Source of the DNA: Candidatus Omnitrophota bacterium
GTDB lineage: Bacteria; Omnitrophota; Gorgyraeia; Duberdicusellales; 4484-171
Direction: 5' to 3'
Assembly (NCBI GenBank): GCA_018818105.1
Contig: JAHISK010000055.1
Coordinates: forward strand, 4,781 to 68,780
DNA: 64,000 nucleotides
In this document: positions 44,715 through 54,823 of the stretch, one piece after another
Numbering within the stretch: the first letter of the stretch is position 1
How the letters are laid out: the number at the start of each line of letters is the position of its first letter
The notes under the pieces: generated by a model
What the model saw: the letters and a program-made list of their open reading frames with translations, nothing else
Databases searched by the model: none
What the model was told of the DNA's origin: nothing
Made by a program: the position numbers and the translations under genes

Positions 44715-45689
44715 TTATATCTTAATAATCGACGTAAGAATCTCGCGAATTAAATCCTGCAGAGTTACTATTCCATATACTTTTTTATCTTTAATCACTA
44801 AAGCTATACTTTCTTTTTTAGATTTGAGCAGCGTAAATGCTTCATAAAGTTTTTGGTTAGCATTTATCTTTGTTAGCGGACGAATAAACTTTTTCCAATC
44901 ACAGAGAGGGTTATAAAATAAATCATATATATTAATGTATCCAATAATTTCTTTATTCTTTTCTTTCGATGAAAATACCGGATAGCGCGTTAACCCACTC
45001 TTCTTTGCTATTTTTAATATATGGTCATAAGAATCGGAATAATTCACGGTAACCACTTTCTCTAAATCCATGCTGACATCCCTAACATTATCTACCCGAA
45101 AATCAAAAACGTCCTCGATCGCCTGTTGTTCACCTTTATCAATACCCCCTTCTTTCTCTATCTCTTTTATAATAAACTTAATTTCCTCCTTGGTGACAAA
45201 CAAAGATTTCCTTTTCACTTTACCTATAAAAGTTTTTACTAAAAATTTAGTGACCCCATCAATACTCCTTACTCCCAGAAAAAAAAGTTTTTCAAAAAAA
45301 GTAAGTACTCTGCTAACTCGACAATTAAACTCTTCCCTAAAAAGACGGCCTATATTCTTAGGGATAAGCTCCGCGAAAATAACAATTACCGGCGTGTATA
45401 AAAGAGTAATCCACACGTTACTGTTTCCCACTCCTATTTTTATCAAAAAAAATGTGAGCAAACTTGAACTAATTACTAATGAAATATTTGTGCCTATCAA
45501 TGTGGTAGCCAAAAATCTTTCCGGCTCCAGCATAAGACGGTAAACCTCCTCCGCGCGCCAATCCCCTTTAGCCTGGCGATGCCGCAGTTTTATAAGCCGC
45601 GATGAAATAAAACTAATCTCACTAGCGGCGAAAAAAGCCTGTAGCAATATGAAAAATACGCATCCTATTATATAAAAATATATCATCAT
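44715..45689 (-). CDS. CNNM/DUF21-CBS (hemolysin/CorB-like) protein
   Basis: AFFAASEISF, LIGTN, ELIPK, CBS pair. Confidence 0.92.
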   Translation of the reverse strand: MMIYFYIIGCVFFILLQAFFAASEISFISSRLIKLRHRQAKGDWRAEEVYRLMLEPERFLATTLIGTNISLVISSSLLTFFLIKIGVGNSNVWITLLYTPVIVIFAELIPKNIGRLFREEFNCRVSRVLTFFEKLFFLGVRSIDGVTKFLVKTFIGKVKRKSLFVTKEEIKFIIKEIEKEGGIDKGEQQAIEDVFDFRVDNVRDVSMDLEKVVTVNYSDSYDHILKIAKKSGLTRYPVFSSKEKNKEIIGYINIYDLFYNPLCDWKKFIRPLTKINANQKLYEAFTLLKSKKESIALVIKDKKVYGIVTLQDLIREILTSIIKI

Positions 45690-46897
45690 TTTTGCAAAAT
45701 TACACTAAGAATTCTTCGTTTAGTCGCTTTTTCCACAAAGAAGATTAGATTACCATACTTAAAAGTATCTCCTTTTTTAGGGATTTTCTCCATAGCCGAC
45801 AATAAAAATCCTGCCACCGTATCCTCTTCTTCGGGAAGACCTAAATCCAATTCTAAATTTAAAGTCTTTATCGGTTCTTTACCGTGCACCCGCCATTTAC
45901 CTTCATCTATTTTTTGTAAAAGTTGGCGCGGAGTCTCAAACTCATCATAAATCTCGCCAAATATTTCCTCTTGAATATCTTCTAACGTAACTAGGCCTTC
46001 TGTTCCGCCATATTCATCCAGAACAATCGCCGCGCGTTGTTGTTTTTCTTTGAATATTTTAAGAAGGTCATCAATCCTTTTACTTTCAGGAACAAAGATA
46101 ACCTCTCTTAATAATTTACGATAATCTTTACTGGGATTAAGAAAAACATCTTTAGCATAAAGAATTCCTATAATATTATCTAAAGATTTATCGTATACGG
46201 GAAACTTAGAATGTTTCTTTTCCCTCAATATGTCAAAAACCTCTTTTTGAGAATGAGTACTGTCTATACCTTGAATATCAATACGCGCTGTAATAACCTC
46301 ACTAACCCAAGTATCCTTAAACTCTAAAACATAGCTAATCATTTCCTCTTCAGCGGCGGTAATTTGCCCTTCCTTTTTACCTAAAAATAACACCGTCTTT
46401 AGCTCTTCATCACTAAACGTTACTCTCGTTTTATATCGATGAATAAACAAAGATAAAAACCACTCTACCACCTTCTCCATAGTAACAATAAAAGGAGCGA
46501 AAATTTTAGAAAAAATTGATAATACCGGTGACGAACCAAGAGATATTTTTTCTGCTAAATGAATCGCGATAGTTTTAGGAAAAATTTCCCCAAGATAAAG
46601 AATAATCGTACCACTACCAATTATCGCTAGAATCATGCCGGGTTTACCCCAAATTTTCACGCAAATAGCCACGGCTAACGATGAAAGACCTATATTAACA
46701 AGTATATTGCCAAAAACAAGCGCCGAAAGTAGACGCGCGGGACGATTAAGTAACTTTTCAATAATTTGAGCTTGAGGATACTTTTCTTTAAGCCGTTGCA
46801 GACGTAACTTACCTAGAGAAAATATAGCAGTTTCCGAAGCGGAAAAAAACGCGGAAAGAATAATAAACGTAATAAAAATAAATATATTAAGTATCAT
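45686..46897 (-). CDS. CNNM/DUF21-CBS-CorC transporter-associated protein
   Basis: SAFFSASETA, GEIFPK, DEYGGTEGLVTLEDI, CorC_HlyC tail. Confidence 0.93.
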   Translation of the reverse strand: MILNIFIFITFIILSAFFSASETAIFSLGKLRLQRLKEKYPQAQIIEKLLNRPARLLSALVFGNILVNIGLSSLAVAICVKIWGKPGMILAIIGSGTIILYLGEIFPKTIAIHLAEKISLGSSPVLSIFSKIFAPFIVTMEKVVEWFLSLFIHRYKTRVTFSDEELKTVLFLGKKEGQITAAEEEMISYVLEFKDTWVSEVITARIDIQGIDSTHSQKEVFDILREKKHSKFPVYDKSLDNIIGILYAKDVFLNPSKDYRKLLREVIFVPESKRIDDLLKIFKEKQQRAAIVLDEYGGTEGLVTLEDIQEEIFGEIYDEFETPRQLLQKIDEGKWRVHGKEPIKTLNLELDLGLPEEEDTVAGFLLSAMEKIPKKGDTFKYGNLIFFVEKATKRRILSVILQK

Positions 46898-47048
46898 CTC
46901 TCAATCAAAACATTTTCCTTAGATTCTTGCCCTAAACCACGCTTACGAAATAAACTCTGGTTAGGGGGGTCGTTAAATTATACCATCCTTCACTCTAAAA
47001 AGAAATCATATTTCCACCCCTATATTCTGAGCTAGGATTAGAGCATGA

Positions 47049-47942
47049 TTAAAAAATACATTTATTATGTATAAACAATAGGCTGTTTATAGGTAAAGAT
47101 AAAAATTCACTTACCGCCGGACATTTTGATTTAAAAAGATAAAAAATATCCTTATCCCCCCTAAACGCCTCAAAATTCCCCTGGCCCTTACTTATAACAA
47201 AATCCGCGTTTTTATAAACCTTCTTAAAGTAATCAGAAGTCTTTGATAAAATTAATCCTGGATAATCACACCCGGAAGAAAACACTTTAGCCACAGCATG
47301 CAATCCAACGCGCTTAGCGTCTGAAATCAAAATATCATTTATAATAGGCGCTGACCTGACCGCGTAAAAAATTTTTATTCGCGGATTATCCTTCAAAATA
47401 GCTTTTATAAAAAACTTATCAAAAAACGCTTCCCCGCAATTATCCCCCACAATTAAAACATTTTTGGCGGTATCTAACTTATTTATAAAAATATTAAAAT
47501 GATCAATTCTCAACTTGGCTCTTTTAAGTTCCTCAATAAGCTTATCTAGCTCAGGAATTTTACCCACGCCAAAATCTATAGCATTAGCGGCGCAACTCAT
47601 TCTGGCGGTAGTATGCAAAAAATTTCCTCCCGTTTTAAATAACCTCTCTATTTCATCCGCTGACTTTATTAAATAGTTTTCAATTCTTAATTTTTCTTTG
47701 AGGAAAATATCTTTTACACCGCTGACTTTAGATATACTTCTATATATTGTCCTGCCAAAAACAACCGGCGGCTGATCAAAGTCAAAAGTTAACAACTTCT
47801 TAGTCAAAATACTAAATAATTCTTTTCTTTTCGATTTAGTAAGCTTAATTAAAGAAGCGGTAACATCTGCCTGCCTTAGAAAACAACTAATACATTTAGA
47901 AGAAGTCTTCATAGCCCAATTATCATACCAACTAATTTTCAA
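47049..47942 (-). CDS. DUF89/ARMT1-like damage-control phosphatase
   Basis: CISC, NAIDFG, DNCGE..FD, PIIND, SKGQGNFE. Confidence 0.9.
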   Translation of the reverse strand: MKISWYDNWAMKTSSKCISCFLRQADVTASLIKLTKSKRKELFSILTKKLLTFDFDQPPVVFGRTIYRSISKVSGVKDIFLKEKLRIENYLIKSADEIERLFKTGGNFLHTTARMSCAANAIDFGVGKIPELDKLIEELKRAKLRIDHFNIFINKLDTAKNVLIVGDNCGEAFFDKFFIKAILKDNPRIKIFYAVRSAPIINDILISDAKRVGLHAVAKVFSSGCDYPGLILSKTSDYFKKVYKNADFVISKGQGNFEAFRGDKDIFYLFKSKCPAVSEFLSLPINSLLFIHNKCIF

Positions 47943-48104
47943 TTTGCAACCTTCTTATCGGAAACAAAAACAAAAGACTTCAGACATTTGACATCCGACT
48001 ATAGACAGAAAAACAAAGACTCCAATCTATTGTCTGTGGTCAGCTATCTAAAGTCGATAGTCTTGACTTGGCTTTTTCATGAATTTTTGATAAGATAGAA
48101 AACC

Positions 48105-48152
48105 ATGAAAAATAATCTATTTATAGGAACCAGCGGCTATAATTATAATTAA
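48105..48152 (+). pseudogene. 15-codon remnant resembling the DUF72 N-terminus
   Basis: MKNNLFIGTSGYNYN*; IGTSG(W/Y)xY is the DUF72 N-terminal signature. Confidence 0.55.
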
Positions 48153-48154
48153 AA

Positions 48155-50107
48155 ATGAAAAATTACGAACTAAAACCTTTCACGGGAGATTCAACTTTCA
48201 ATTACAAAAAAAATCTAAATCCTCAACAAATAAAAGTTATTGAAGAAGCCGACGGACCCTGCCTAGTCTTAGCGGGAGCGGGCAGCGGTAAAACAAGAAT
48301 ATTAATTTACCGCCTAGCCTATCTGCTAAATCAAGGAGTTTATCCGGAAAATATTCTCTTAGTTACTTTTACTAATAAAGCGGCGCTTGAAATGATTCAC
48401 CGCTCAGAAGCGCTTATGAACTCAACTCTATCAAAATTATGGGCGGGAACTTTCCATCATATAGGAAACTTAATCTTAAGAAAAGAAGCCCCTCTAATTG
48501 ACTATACATCCAACTTCACAATCGCCGATACCGCTGACGCCTGCGATTTAATTGATGATAGTGTGCAGGAACTGGGCATTTTTAATAAAGACAAACTTTT
48601 TCCCAAGAAAAACATTATTTATAATATCCGCAGCCTCGCCGATAACACGCAGAAAGATGCGGAAGAAATCATAGACGAATTCTATCCTTACGTTGGGGAA
48701 TACACTCCTTACATTAAAAAAGTCCTAACTCATTACGCGAAAAAAAAGAAAGAGGCAAATGTCATGGACTTTGACGACTTACTCATCAACTGGCTCAAAC
48801 TCCTCAACATAGACCAAGTCTGCCAGCGATACTCTCAGTTATTTCGATATGTCATGATAGACGAATATCAGGACACTAACAAATTACAGTTTAAGATCTT
48901 GCAGAAACTATCGTCTTACTATAAAAACATCCTTGCCGTAGGAGACGACGCGCAATCAATCTATTCTTTTAGAGGAGCTGACATTAAGAATCTATTAGAT
49001 TTCCCCCGTGTTTTTAAAAACGCGAAAATTTTCAAACTGGAAACAAACTATCGGTCAACGCCACAGGTACTTTCTCTGGCTAATGAAGTAATAGCCCGCA
49101 ACATTAATCAGTTCCCTAAAAAACTTCAGGCGGTTAAAGAATCTGGCGAAGCGCCTATGGCAATTAAAGCTAAAGACGTTTACCAACAGGCAAAGTTTGT
49201 CGGTCAACGCGTTATAGCACTGCATAATGAAGGAATCCCCTTAAAAGAAATGGCAGTATTATTTCGATCCCGTTTCCAGGCCCTAGAACTGGAAGTTGAA
49301 CTTCTAAAAAGAAATATTCCTTACGTTGTAAGAGGCGGCGTACGTTTTTTTGAACAAGCTCACATTAAAGATGTCCTCTCCTATCTTAAAGCCTTAATTA
49401 ACCCAAAAGATGAACTTGCATTTAAAAGAGCTTTATCTTTACACAAAGGTATCGGCAGAGGGTTCGCTCATAAAATATGGGGGGAAATGACAAAAGAAAA
49501 TAAAAGCCTCTCTGAAATAGAAAAAACTCTTCCTAAAAGAACAAAGGAAGGATTCAACCACTTTGCCTCAATCATGGAAACCCTTAAACAATCAACCACT
49601 CCTCAAAAAGCGATAACTGAAATACTAAAGTTTTATAAAGACCATTGCTACTTATCCTTTGAACGGCCGGAAGACCGAATTCTTGATTTGGAAGAACTAT
49701 CAAAAATGGCCGCGCGGCAATCTTCAATTAAGAGTTTCGTTACTGACTTAGACGCCTTTGAATCGTTTAAGGGGCAATCTTTTACTTCGACCACAGATAT
49801 TGAAGACCTTCTCATTCTATCCACAATTCACCAGGCTAAAGGACTGGAATGGGAAACGGTTTTTATCATTGGATTCAGCGACTATGATTTCCCTCACCCC
49901 AAAGCGTTAAACTCTAAGGAATCCATGGAAGAAGAACGGCGGCTATTCTACGTAGCCAGTACGCGGGCAAAATCCTTACTGCACATAGTGTATCCGGAAC
50001 AAAAACAGACTTTTAAAAATGGGCTAGTTATTACGCGGGCGTCACAGTTTTTGCATGAACTGCCCAAAGAAACTTACGAAGAATACGATTTAGTAGAAAA
50101 CAGATGA
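48155..50107 (+). CDS. pcrA: UvrD/PcrA superfamily 1 DNA helicase
   Basis: AGAGSGKT, TFTNKAA, DEYQDTN, VGDDAQSIYSFRGA, STIHQAKGLEW, EERRLFYVASTRA. Confidence 0.92.
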   Translation: MKNYELKPFTGDSTFNYKKNLNPQQIKVIEEADGPCLVLAGAGSGKTRILIYRLAYLLNQGVYPENILLVTFTNKAALEMIHRSEALMNSTLSKLWAGTFHHIGNLILRKEAPLIDYTSNFTIADTADACDLIDDSVQELGIFNKDKLFPKKNIIYNIRSLADNTQKDAEEIIDEFYPYVGEYTPYIKKVLTHYAKKKKEANVMDFDDLLINWLKLLNIDQVCQRYSQLFRYVMIDEYQDTNKLQFKILQKLSSYYKNILAVGDDAQSIYSFRGADIKNLLDFPRVFKNAKIFKLETNYRSTPQVLSLANEVIARNINQFPKKLQAVKESGEAPMAIKAKDVYQQAKFVGQRVIALHNEGIPLKEMAVLFRSRFQALELEVELLKRNIPYVVRGGVRFFEQAHIKDVLSYLKALINPKDELAFKRALSLHKGIGRGFAHKIWGEMTKENKSLSEIEKTLPKRTKEGFNHFASIMETLKQSTTPQKAITEILKFYKDHCYLSFERPEDRILDLEELSKMAARQSSIKSFVTDLDAFESFKGQSFTSTTDIEDLLILSTIHQAKGLEWETVFIIGFSDYDFPHPKALNSKESMEEERRLFYVASTRAKSLLHIVYPEQKQTFKNGLVITRASQFLHELPKETYEEYDLVENR

Positions 50108-50802
50108 TGAAAAAAAACGACTATATATCAATCAATAACTGGCCTAAAGATGACCGTCCCAGAGAAAAACTACTTAAATACGGAGAACATACCTTAAACA
50201 ACTCTGAATTACTGGCAATTCTTTTAAGAAGCGGGGTAAAAGGACAAAGCGCCCTTGACCTAGCGCGGGCAATATTAAAAAAGTTTAAAACTTTGCGAGA
50301 TTTATCCCACACCGACTCCTGTGACTGGAAAGAGTTTAAAGGTCTAGGCAACGCGAAAATCGCTCAAATTAAAGCGGCAGTTGAAATCGGAAGAAGATTT
50401 ATAGAAGAAGAAACAAAAGAAACCAAACCTAAAATAACATCATCCAAAGACATCGCGAAAATTTTTATCCCCCGAATGAGAGATTTAAAAAAAGAGATAT
50501 TTAAAGTCCTGTTTCTTACCTCTAAGAATCAAATTATTGATATATTAGAAATGGCTGAAGGAACAGTTAATCAAGCTAACCCTATAATAAGAGATATTTT
50601 TCAGAAAGCGCTGCAAAACTTTGCCGTCTCAATTATATGCGCGCATAATCACCCTTCGGGAGATCCTACGCCAAGTACAGAAGATAAAGAATTCACCCAA
50701 CAACTAACCGCCGCGGGCAAAACATTACAAATTCAAATGCTTGACCACATAATAATCGGCAATAATACCTACTTTAGTTTCGCTGATAAAGGATTGATTT
50801 GA
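50104..50802 (+). CDS. radC: RadC/JAB domain protein
   Basis: RPREKL, HNHPSGDPTPS.ED, LDHIIIG. Confidence 0.95.
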   Translation: MMKKNDYISINNWPKDDRPREKLLKYGEHTLNNSELLAILLRSGVKGQSALDLARAILKKFKTLRDLSHTDSCDWKEFKGLGNAKIAQIKAAVEIGRRFIEEETKETKPKITSSKDIAKIFIPRMRDLKKEIFKVLFLTSKNQIIDILEMAEGTVNQANPIIRDIFQKALQNFAVSIICAHNHPSGDPTPSTEDKEFTQQLTAAGKTLQIQMLDHIIIGNNTYFSFADKGLI

Positions 50803-50990
50803 TTAAGCTTTCAGCTGTCGGCTATCTGCTTTCAGCTTAAAAAATATAAATGGTATCGCACTTTGCGATACCATAACCAGTTAAATTAACAACATCAATC
50901 TCTTGAACTGGCCGCTTTTTGCGACCAGTTCATTCTCTTCCTCTTTAATAAACTGAAAGCTGATGACCGAAAGCCAATAGATTCACTATT

Positions 50991-51539
50991 CTAATCTCCA
51001 TTAAACCCTATCTTTCGCTTTGGCGCTTTCGGCTCTACTATAAGTTGATGAATTACATTAAAAATATCTTGAATTGATCTATCATGTTTCCCTATTCGTT
51101 TTTCTAACTCCCGCAATTTATATAATAAATCTTTATGAGCATAAATCATTTCCTTAAGTCGGACAAAAACTCACATAATAGCAATATTCATCTGTATCGC
51201 TTTTTTACTAGATAATACACTTGAAAGCATAGCAATTCCTTGTTCTGTAAATACCATGGGCATATATCTTAATCCTTGCTTGATTTCTTTGGAGATGCCA
51301 AATTGGCACCTCCAATTTTCAAATTCTTGTTTTGATAATACCCACATAAAATCTGCTGGAAAACGATCATTATTTCTTCTAACTTGTCTTTTCAACTGCG
51401 CGGTTACTACTCCATACAGCATCGCCAAATCTCTATCCAACATGACCCTTTTCCCCCTGACTACAATTATCTTTTCCTCAATGGTTTCCTGCTGAAGCAT
51501 ACGATCATTCCCTTTCATTCTCTTACTCATAAAATTCAC
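50991..51539 (-). pseudogene. ORF6N DNA-binding protein with premature in-frame TGA
   Basis: VMLDRDLAMLYGV...RFPADF...FTEQGIAMLSSVL...NIAIM*VFVRL...KRKIGF*; TGA at 51171-51173 where the family has Arg. Confidence 0.85.
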
Positions 51540-51608
51540 CTCCTTTTCGATAGTGTAGAGCGTTTAGCGGATAGCGTATAGTTTTTTCTAAACGCTGCCC
51601 GCTAAGCG

Positions 51609-52007
51609 CTATCCGCTAATCTTTAGTATTAAACATATTTTTCTATACAGGTTGTCAAACTTAAACGGTTTCTGCAAATATTGATCACTATCGCTTGCAT
51701 AAGGCACAATTTCCCGCACATGCCCCGGGATACAAAAGATAATGGGTATATCTTTAATGCTTTCATCTGTCCTTATTCCCTCACAGATCATCATTTCATC
51801 GACGCCCCACCTTTCAATATCTAAAATAATTATATCCGGATTGTTATCCTTTATTACCTTTAAAGCCTTTACTTCAATGCTCATGTACTCCGCATGGAAT
51901 CCTCTTCGAACTAACATTATTCCTAGAATTTCGTTTATATCTTCATTTTTACCAATAAGTACTACTCTTATTTCTTTTTCTGCCATCATTGCCTCCTTAT
52001 GATTCAT
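51609..52007 (-). CDS. Single-domain response regulator (receiver)
   Basis: PDIIILDI, DIPIIF, YLQKPF; the first acidic pocket is degenerate. Confidence 0.8.
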   Translation of the reverse strand: MNHKEAMMAEKEIRVVLIGKNEDINEILGIMLVRRGFHAEYMSIEVKALKVIKDNNPDIIILDIERWGVDEMMICEGIRTDESIKDIPIIFCIPGHVREIVPYASDSDQYLQKPFKFDNLYRKICLILKISG

Positions 52008-52156
52008 TTTTAATGATATGATTTACTAAAAAAATATAGCCCCCTCAGGCTATATTCCATGTATATCACCAAAAATGATATATGTCAAGAAAGTTTTCAC
52101 ATTTAATGAATTTAATTTATTTGATTTTTCAGTTAAGATGATATAAAGTTGTATTA

Positions 52157-52762
52157 ATGCATTTAGGTGAGAGAATCCGACAATTACGAAAAAAACACAG
52201 CTGGCAGCAAAAAGAACTCGCCTTAAAGCTTAATTGCCCTCAATCCACAGTTTCAATGTGGGAAACAAAAAAGCAAGAGCCAAATCCTTCCATGCGTAAA
52301 AAAATCTGCGCGATATTCGGTATAACTCAAGCAGAACTATTTGCTGACTCTTGCATAAAAGAAACCTGCTCCACGCAAAGCGCTCCCGTATTAAACTGGA
52401 ACCAACTAAACCAACTCGCGCCGCTTAAAGACTCCCTCCCTAAAAACAGCTCTAATAACTATATTTACACGTCCGTGAAAGGAAATAATATATTCTCTTT
52501 GGAAATCAATGACGACCGCATGTCCCCTGAATTCAAAGAAGGCGACACGATTATCATTAATCCCAACGCCCAAATAAATCCTAATGACTATATTATTATT
52601 TTAGATAAAGAATCAGAAACTTCATCTATCACGCAGTTCAAAAAATACGGCGACAAAATAATTTTCCATCCCCTAAATCCTAAATATCACGATTTAGAAA
52701 TGATCGATAAAAGCCAATATATAGTTGTTGGAAAAGTAGACGAAAAAATTAAAAAGTATTAA
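52157..52762 (+). CDS. XRE HTH plus S24 domain repressor (CI/LexA-like)
   Basis: QKELA..L...QSTVSMWE; MSPEFKEGDTIIINP; HPLNPKY. Confidence 0.88.
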   Translation: MHLGERIRQLRKKHSWQQKELALKLNCPQSTVSMWETKKQEPNPSMRKKICAIFGITQAELFADSCIKETCSTQSAPVLNWNQLNQLAPLKDSLPKNSSNNYIYTSVKGNNIFSLEINDDRMSPEFKEGDTIIINPNAQINPNDYIIILDKESETSSITQFKKYGDKIIFHPLNPKYHDLEMIDKSQYIVVGKVDEKIKKY

Positions 52763-53317
52763 TTACTTCTTTATAAGGCTCATTGCCTCCTGGCGAGTTT
52801 TTGAATTAGTTCTAAATACACCACGTACAACTGAGGTAACAGTTACTGTTCCTGGTTTTTTTACTCCTCTCATAGTCATGCAATAATGCTCGGCTTCAAC
52901 CACTACCATAACCCCTTTAGGTTTCAATTTTTTCATGATAACATCAGCAACTTCAGTAGTAAGGCGTTCCTGCACTTGAAGCCGGCGGGAAAGGACTTCT
53001 ACAACTCTTGCGATTTTACTTAAACCAGTGATTCTTTTATCAGGGATATAAGCAACATGCGCCTTACCAACAAAGGGAAGCATATGATGCTCACACATCG
53101 AATAAAGAGGGATATCCCGTAGAAGAATAATTTCATCGTGCTTATGTTCTAAAATTACTTCCAGTTCATCTTCGGCTTTCTTAAACTGGCCGCTTAAAAT
53201 CTCTTCATACATATCAGCCACCCTGGCAGGAGTAGCAGCGATATCTTTCTTTTCTAAATCGGCGCCTACCGCCTCCAATATCATCCTAACGCCCTTCTCT
53301 ATCTTCCTCTTATCCAT
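52763..53317 (-). CDS. folE: GTP cyclohydrolase I
   Basis: [31 protein letters not shown]. Confidence 0.97.
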   Translation of the reverse strand: MDKRKIEKGVRMILEAVGADLEKKDIAATPARVADMYEEILSGQFKKAEDELEVILEHKHDEIILLRDIPLYSMCEHHMLPFVGKAHVAYIPDKRITGLSKIARVVEVLSRRLQVQERLTTEVADVIMKKLKPKGVMVVVEAEHYCMTMRGVKKPGTVTVTSVVRGVFRTNSKTRQEAMSLIKK

Positions 53318-53329
53318 TTTTTCCTCCGT

Positions 53330-54784
53330 TTATTTACCTATACAAAACTTACCAAAGATGTTCTCTAAAATTTCTTCCGATAAAACTTCGCCGCTCAACT
53401 TACCTAAATTATCCAGCCCTTCTCCTAACGCTAAATTTACAAAATCTATAGTATACCCTTCCTCTAAAAGCCTAGCGGCCTTAGTGAGACTATCTCTGCT
53501 ATTGGCCAAAACCTGACGCTGATACTGATTGAGAAAAACTATATCCTGTCTATCTAAGCCCTCTTTACAAATACTATTATAAATCGCTTCTTCTAAACTT
53601 TGAAGGCCAATATTCTTTAACGCGCTAAACTTCACCTTAGGCCCCTTAAAATTAGGAATATTACTAAGGCTTAATTTCTGTTTGCGGTCAGCCTTATTAA
53701 TTACCATAACTGCCGTCTTATCCTTAATCTTTTCCAATAAAAACAAATCATCTTTATTAAGACAATGCGTCCCATCTAAAACAAAAATAATTAAATCCGC
53801 TTCATTAAATAACAGCATTGTACGATCTATTGCCTGCGCCGTAACAAAATCTTGAGGTTCCAGCAACCCGGCGGTATCATAAATCCGCAGCGGCAATCCC
53901 TTTATAGTTAGAACCTCCTCAATTACATCTCGAGTCGTACCCGGCATCTTACTTACAATTACACGCTCCTGCTTTAGAAGACAGTTAAAAAGAGTTGATT
54001 TACCAACATTAGTCTTTCCGCAAATCACGCATCGAGCACCTTCTTTTAAAACCTGGGCCTGCTTACTTCCTTCTAAAAGACGCGAAAGTTGGTTTTCAAT
54101 CGCTGTTACTGTTGTTTTTATTTTTCCCGCGGCGATATTAATTTCATCTTCAGGAAAATTTATAAACGCCTCTGTCTGAGTGAACACATCTTTTAGCTGT
54201 TCTTTAATTTTTCTAATTTTCTGTGACGCTTCTCCCTTCAACTGCAACGCCGCCAAACTTAAACCATCTTGACTCTTCGCCTCAACAATACTAAGAATAC
54301 CCTCTGCCTGCAATAAATCTATCCTTCCCTTAACCAACGCTCTATAAGTAAACTCTCCCGGCAAAGCAAGCCGCCCACCTTCTCCTAAAACTAATTCCAG
54401 AATTTTATTTATAACAACCGCGCCGCCATGAGAAGATATCTCAACAACATCCTCACGAGTATAAGAAGCCGGCCCCCGCATAACGCTAATCAAGACCTCA
54501 TCAATAATAGTTGGGAGTTTTTGATTTTTCTCTTGTGACTTTTGTTTTTTCTGTGGACTATGGACTATGGACAATGGACTCTCTATGATCCATCCATAAT
54601 GAAGGGTGTGACTTTTTACTTTCTTAATATTTTTCTTGCGCCTGGGAAGAAAAACTCTAGAAACAATATTAATTGCCTGTTTTCCTGAAATCTTAATTAC
54701 ACCCAAGGCAGACCGCCCAGGATACGTCGCCGGCGCGGCAATAGTATCAGCCAAATTATAATCTTTTAGTTTAAAATTATTCAT
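53330..54784 (-). CDS. mnmE: tRNA modification GTPase MnmE
   Basis: SYTREDVVEI, GEFT.RA, GKTNVGKS, GTTRD, DTAG, FCIGK. Confidence 0.97.
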   Translation of the reverse strand: MNNFKLKDYNLADTIAAPATYPGRSALGVIKISGKQAINIVSRVFLPRRKKNIKKVKSHTLHYGWIIESPLSIVHSPQKKQKSQEKNQKLPTIIDEVLISVMRGPASYTREDVVEISSHGGAVVINKILELVLGEGGRLALPGEFTYRALVKGRIDLLQAEGILSIVEAKSQDGLSLAALQLKGEASQKIRKIKEQLKDVFTQTEAFINFPEDEINIAAGKIKTTVTAIENQLSRLLEGSKQAQVLKEGARCVICGKTNVGKSTLFNCLLKQERVIVSKMPGTTRDVIEEVLTIKGLPLRIYDTAGLLEPQDFVTAQAIDRTMLLFNEADLIIFVLDGTHCLNKDDLFLLEKIKDKTAVMVINKADRKQKLSLSNIPNFKGPKVKFSALKNIGLQSLEEAIYNSICKEGLDRQDIVFLNQYQRQVLANSRDSLTKAARLLEEGYTIDFVNLALGEGLDNLGKLSGEVLSEEILENIFGKFCIGK

Positions 54785-54823
54785 ATCTGTACTTCGCCCT
54801 ACTTCCCTGCCCCCATCTGCAAT

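Noticed and set aside
46900-46980. Metal-sensing riboswitch upstream of the CNNM genes
   Set aside because: Some pairing potential, but I could not match M-box or yybP-ykoY consensus by eye
51171-51173. TGA recoding (selenocysteine or alternative genetic code)
   Set aside because: TGA is used as a normal stop elsewhere (5156, 50107, 50802) and the family residue is Arg, so a CGA-to-TGA mutation is simpler
50104-52762. Intact prophage or integrative element
   Set aside because: No integrase, structural or replication genes and no att repeats seen
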